This document shows positions 61,261-64,000 of a stretch of DNA of 64,000 nucleotides, one piece after another (positions within the stretch are counted from its first letter, which is position 1; each line of letters begins with the position of its first letter). The notes beneath the pieces were generated by a model. That model was not told where the DNA came from and searched no databases. It saw only the letters and a program-made list of their open reading frames with translations. Source of the DNA: Mobula hypostoma (Eukaryota); the NCBI RefSeq assembly GCF_963921235.1, contig NC_086106.1:19096001-19160000 (forward strand), read 5' to 3'. The position numbers and the translations under genes were made by a program.

Positions 61261-62008
61261 AACAAACAACAGGAATTCTGCAGATGCTGGAAATTCAAGC
61301 AACACACATAAAAGTTGCTGGTGAACGCAGCAGGCCAGGCAGCATCTCCAGGAAGAGGTGCAGTCGACGTTTCAGGCCGAGACCCTTCGTCAGGACTAAC
61401 TGAAGGAAGAGTGAGCAAGTGATTTGAAAGTTGGAGGGGGAGGGGGAGATCCAAAATGATAGGAGAAGACAGGAGGGGGAGGGATGGAGCCAAGAGCTGG
61501 ACAGGTGATTGGCAAAAGGGATACGAGAGGATCATGGAACAGGAGGTCCCGGAAGAAAGACAAGAGGCGGGGGAACCCAGAGGATGGGCAAGGGGTATAT
61601 TCAGAGGGACAGAGGGAGAAAAAGGAGAGTGCGAGAAAGAATGTGTGTATAAAAATAAGTAACAGATGGGGTACAAGGGGGAGGTGGGGCATTAGTGGAA
61701 GTTAGAGAAGTCAATGTTCATGCTATCAGGTTGGAGGCTACCCAGACGGAATATAAAGTGTTGTTCCTCCAACCTGAGTGTGGCTTCATCTTTAGAGTAG
61801 AGGTGGCCGTGGATAGGCATGTCAGAATGGGAATGGGATGTGGAATTAAAATGTGTGGCCACTGGGAGATCCTGCTTTCTCTGGCGGACAGAGCGTAGGT
61901 GTTCAGCAAAGCGGTCTCCCAGTCTGCGTTGGGTCTCGCCAATATAGAAAAGGCCACATCGGGAGAACCGGACGCAGTATATCACCCCAGTCGACTCACA
62001 GGTGAAGT
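61261..62008 (-). mobile_element. Penelope-like 3' part (GIY-YIG + 3' UTR)
   Basis: About 95% similar to 9991-10740. Confidence 0.9.
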
Positions 62009-63355
62009 CACAGAGGACCTCATCCGTTTCCTCCGTCCAACGCGACACTACTTTTGACACCGTGACCTCCCGCTTCACTTTCTCTTTGTAAGGCGGGAGG
62101 AGGAGTATGGGCTGATGATCCGATTTTCTGAAGTGAGGTCCTGGGACGGAACGGTAGGCATCCTTGACCGCTGTGTAGCAGTGGTCAAGTATATTCGGGC
62201 CTCTAGTGGGGCAGGAGACATGCTGGGATAACTTTGGCAGCGCCTTTCTGAGGTTGGCCTGGTTAAAGTCCCCGGCTGTAATGAGCAAAGCTGCAGGAGC
62301 TTGTCAGTGCCACTGTGTCCGATCACCACCCAGTGTTGATCAGTAGGCAGACACCACCTCCCCTCGTCTTGCCTGAAGACGCCGTGCGGTCCATCCGATG
62401 GACCGAAAATCCCTCCGGTCGGATGGCACAGTCGGGCCTGGCAGGGGAGAGCCAGGTCTCAGTGAAACAGAATACACAGCAGTTCCTCATCTCCCTGCAG
62501 TAGGTGAATCTCCCTTTAAGATCATCCACCTTGTTCTCTATGGCTTGCACATTAGCTAGCACGATGGTGGGCATAGAGACCCAGAAGCCCCTCAGCTTCA
62601 ATCTGACCAGCAGCCCAGCTCTTTTCCCACGCTTCCTCGGTAAATAGTGCATCTTTCCAGGTTTCCATCGATATCAGTGTGTTGTTGTCAGCTCTTTGAG
62701 ATAGGTGGACGCATCCCGTGGGGATCGATCGGCTGGTCGCGTCGTTGGACAGTCCGGGTCGGGCCGAGTGGGGGAGTCTTCGCTGCCACTTCCAGCTGCC
62801 GAGGGCTGGGCTGTCGATTGGGTCGGACCCCGAAGCCGACACTAAATCCCGGATGGCCGGGCTCCTGGCTGAAACAAGTCTGCAAACCGAGTCACCGTTG
62901 CGGAGGCCTCCACTCCAGCCGAGCCTCGCGCTCGATTTCCGAGTTTGGCGGTGGAGGTCTCATCTTCCAGCAGCTGTGGATGGCCACCAATGGGGATTTA
63001 CGGTGGTCGCTCCGGGGAAGCGTCTGGGGCACCTTGAGGTCTCCGCCGTCACTTCTGTGTGGTCGTCTGCTCCGGAGAGGTGCTGGTCGGAATGGGCCGT
63101 GTCTCCAAGCGCTCCGGCACGGTAGCAGACCGCGGGTCTCCGGGAACGTGGTCGGGTCCAGGTGCGGTCAGGAGTTTAAGAAGCAGTTCTGGCGCGGTGG
63201 TCTCCAGCTGGGTCAGTAGCTTCGCCAGAGTGATGTTGAACTTTATCTTTCTAAACTGGAGTTTTAGAAGGGTTTCTCAGGTACAGGACAGTGGAGAGGG
63301 CAGTTTGCTCGGGACGGCTCACGCAAAGTCGCCGGTTACCGGCGTCATCTTCGAC
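62007..63355 (-). mobile_element. Rex1/Babar-like 5' end (GC-rich 5' UTR + APE endonuclease)
   Basis: Begins AAGATGACGCCGG; RKRGKRAG...LANVQAIENK...FTETWL...GGGVC; GDFN...LDHCY...SDH. Confidence 0.8.
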
Positions 63356-63359
63356 AAAC

Positions 63360-64000
63360 TGCACAGGACCAAAAGTAGGGTCGTAAATTTAGTTGGCTCC
63401 AACTTGGGTATCAGCCTACAACGTACCCAGGACATCTTCAAGGTGTTGTGTCTCAGAAAGACAGCGTCCATTATTAAGGACACCCAGCACCCAGACCCTT
63501 CCCTTTTCTCACTTTTACCATCAGGTGGGAGGTGCAGAAGCCTGAAGGCTCACACTCAGCGATTCAGGAACAGCTTCTTCCCCTCTGCCATCCGATTCCT
63601 AAATGGACATTGAACCTTCGAACACTCCCTCACTTGTTTAATATATATTATTTCTGTTTTTGCATGATTTTTAATCTATTCAAGATACATAAACTGAAAT
63701 TTATTTATTCATTACAACCCGGATCTGGACCATACCCTCCAAATATCCGGTCCTGCCTCTCGGTTTTTTTGCACTACCTTACTTTCCATTTTCTATTTTC
63801 TATTTATGATTTATAATTTAAATTTTTAATATTTACTATCAATTTGTACTCCAGGGAGTGGGAAGTGCAGAATCAAATATCACTGTGATGATTGTGTGTT
63901 CGAGTATCAATTATTTGGTGACAATAAAGTATAAAGTATTTATTTTTTCTTTTATATTATGTATTGCATTGAACTGCTGCTGCTAAGTCAATAAATTTCA
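63360..64000 (+). mobile_element. Rex1/Babar 3' end with the same extra 3' UTR module as 28941-29160
   Basis: SLLPSGGRCRSLKAHTQRFRNSFFPSAIRFLNGH, then module 63717-63938. Confidence 0.85.

Noticed and set aside
62647-63219. Long GC-rich ORFs (190 aa, 135 aa) as a host gene
   Set aside because: They fall in the GC-rich 5' UTR of the antisense Rex1-like element, where stop codons are naturally rare.

Overview
Eukaryotic, repeat-saturated window with no intact host protein-coding gene that I can recognise. The mix of elements (dense CR1 LINEs with SGNH-esterase ORF1, Penelope GIY-YIG elements, Rex1/Babar, AT-rich L1, a V-SINE-like SINE) points to a cartilaginous fish, probably a ray; this is inference. 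Most bases are nested, decayed retroelements, and several nesting events can be ordered from target-site duplications (TSDs). Best-supported elements: (1) a young Gmr1-type Gypsy LTR element (22076-26978, minus strand) with 857-bp LTRs about 99% identical, CATG TSD and tRNA-Pro-like PBS. It has a recognisable Gag-protease region, but IN and RT are reduced to dead remnants inside one 919-codon open frame. (2) An internally deleted piggyBac (13439-15114). (3) A second Gypsy (54243-58617) whose LTRs differ by about 9% and whose flanks do not match. (4) A stack of L1 inside L1 inside CR1 (40.8-47.8 kb). The small non-TE fraction is duplicated. A module of about 2.6 kb (16.4-22.0 kb, repeated at 58.6-61.3 kb) carries conserved NF-kB consensus sites, a splice donor and a 37-nt micro-exon on the minus strand. 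A CCAAT-rich palindromic element occurs at about 0.2 kb and 38.4 kb. Together these suggest a tandemly duplicated, probably immune-regulated gene family whose coding part is outside the window or lost. Coordinates of decayed fragments are approximate and percent identities are by-eye estimates.
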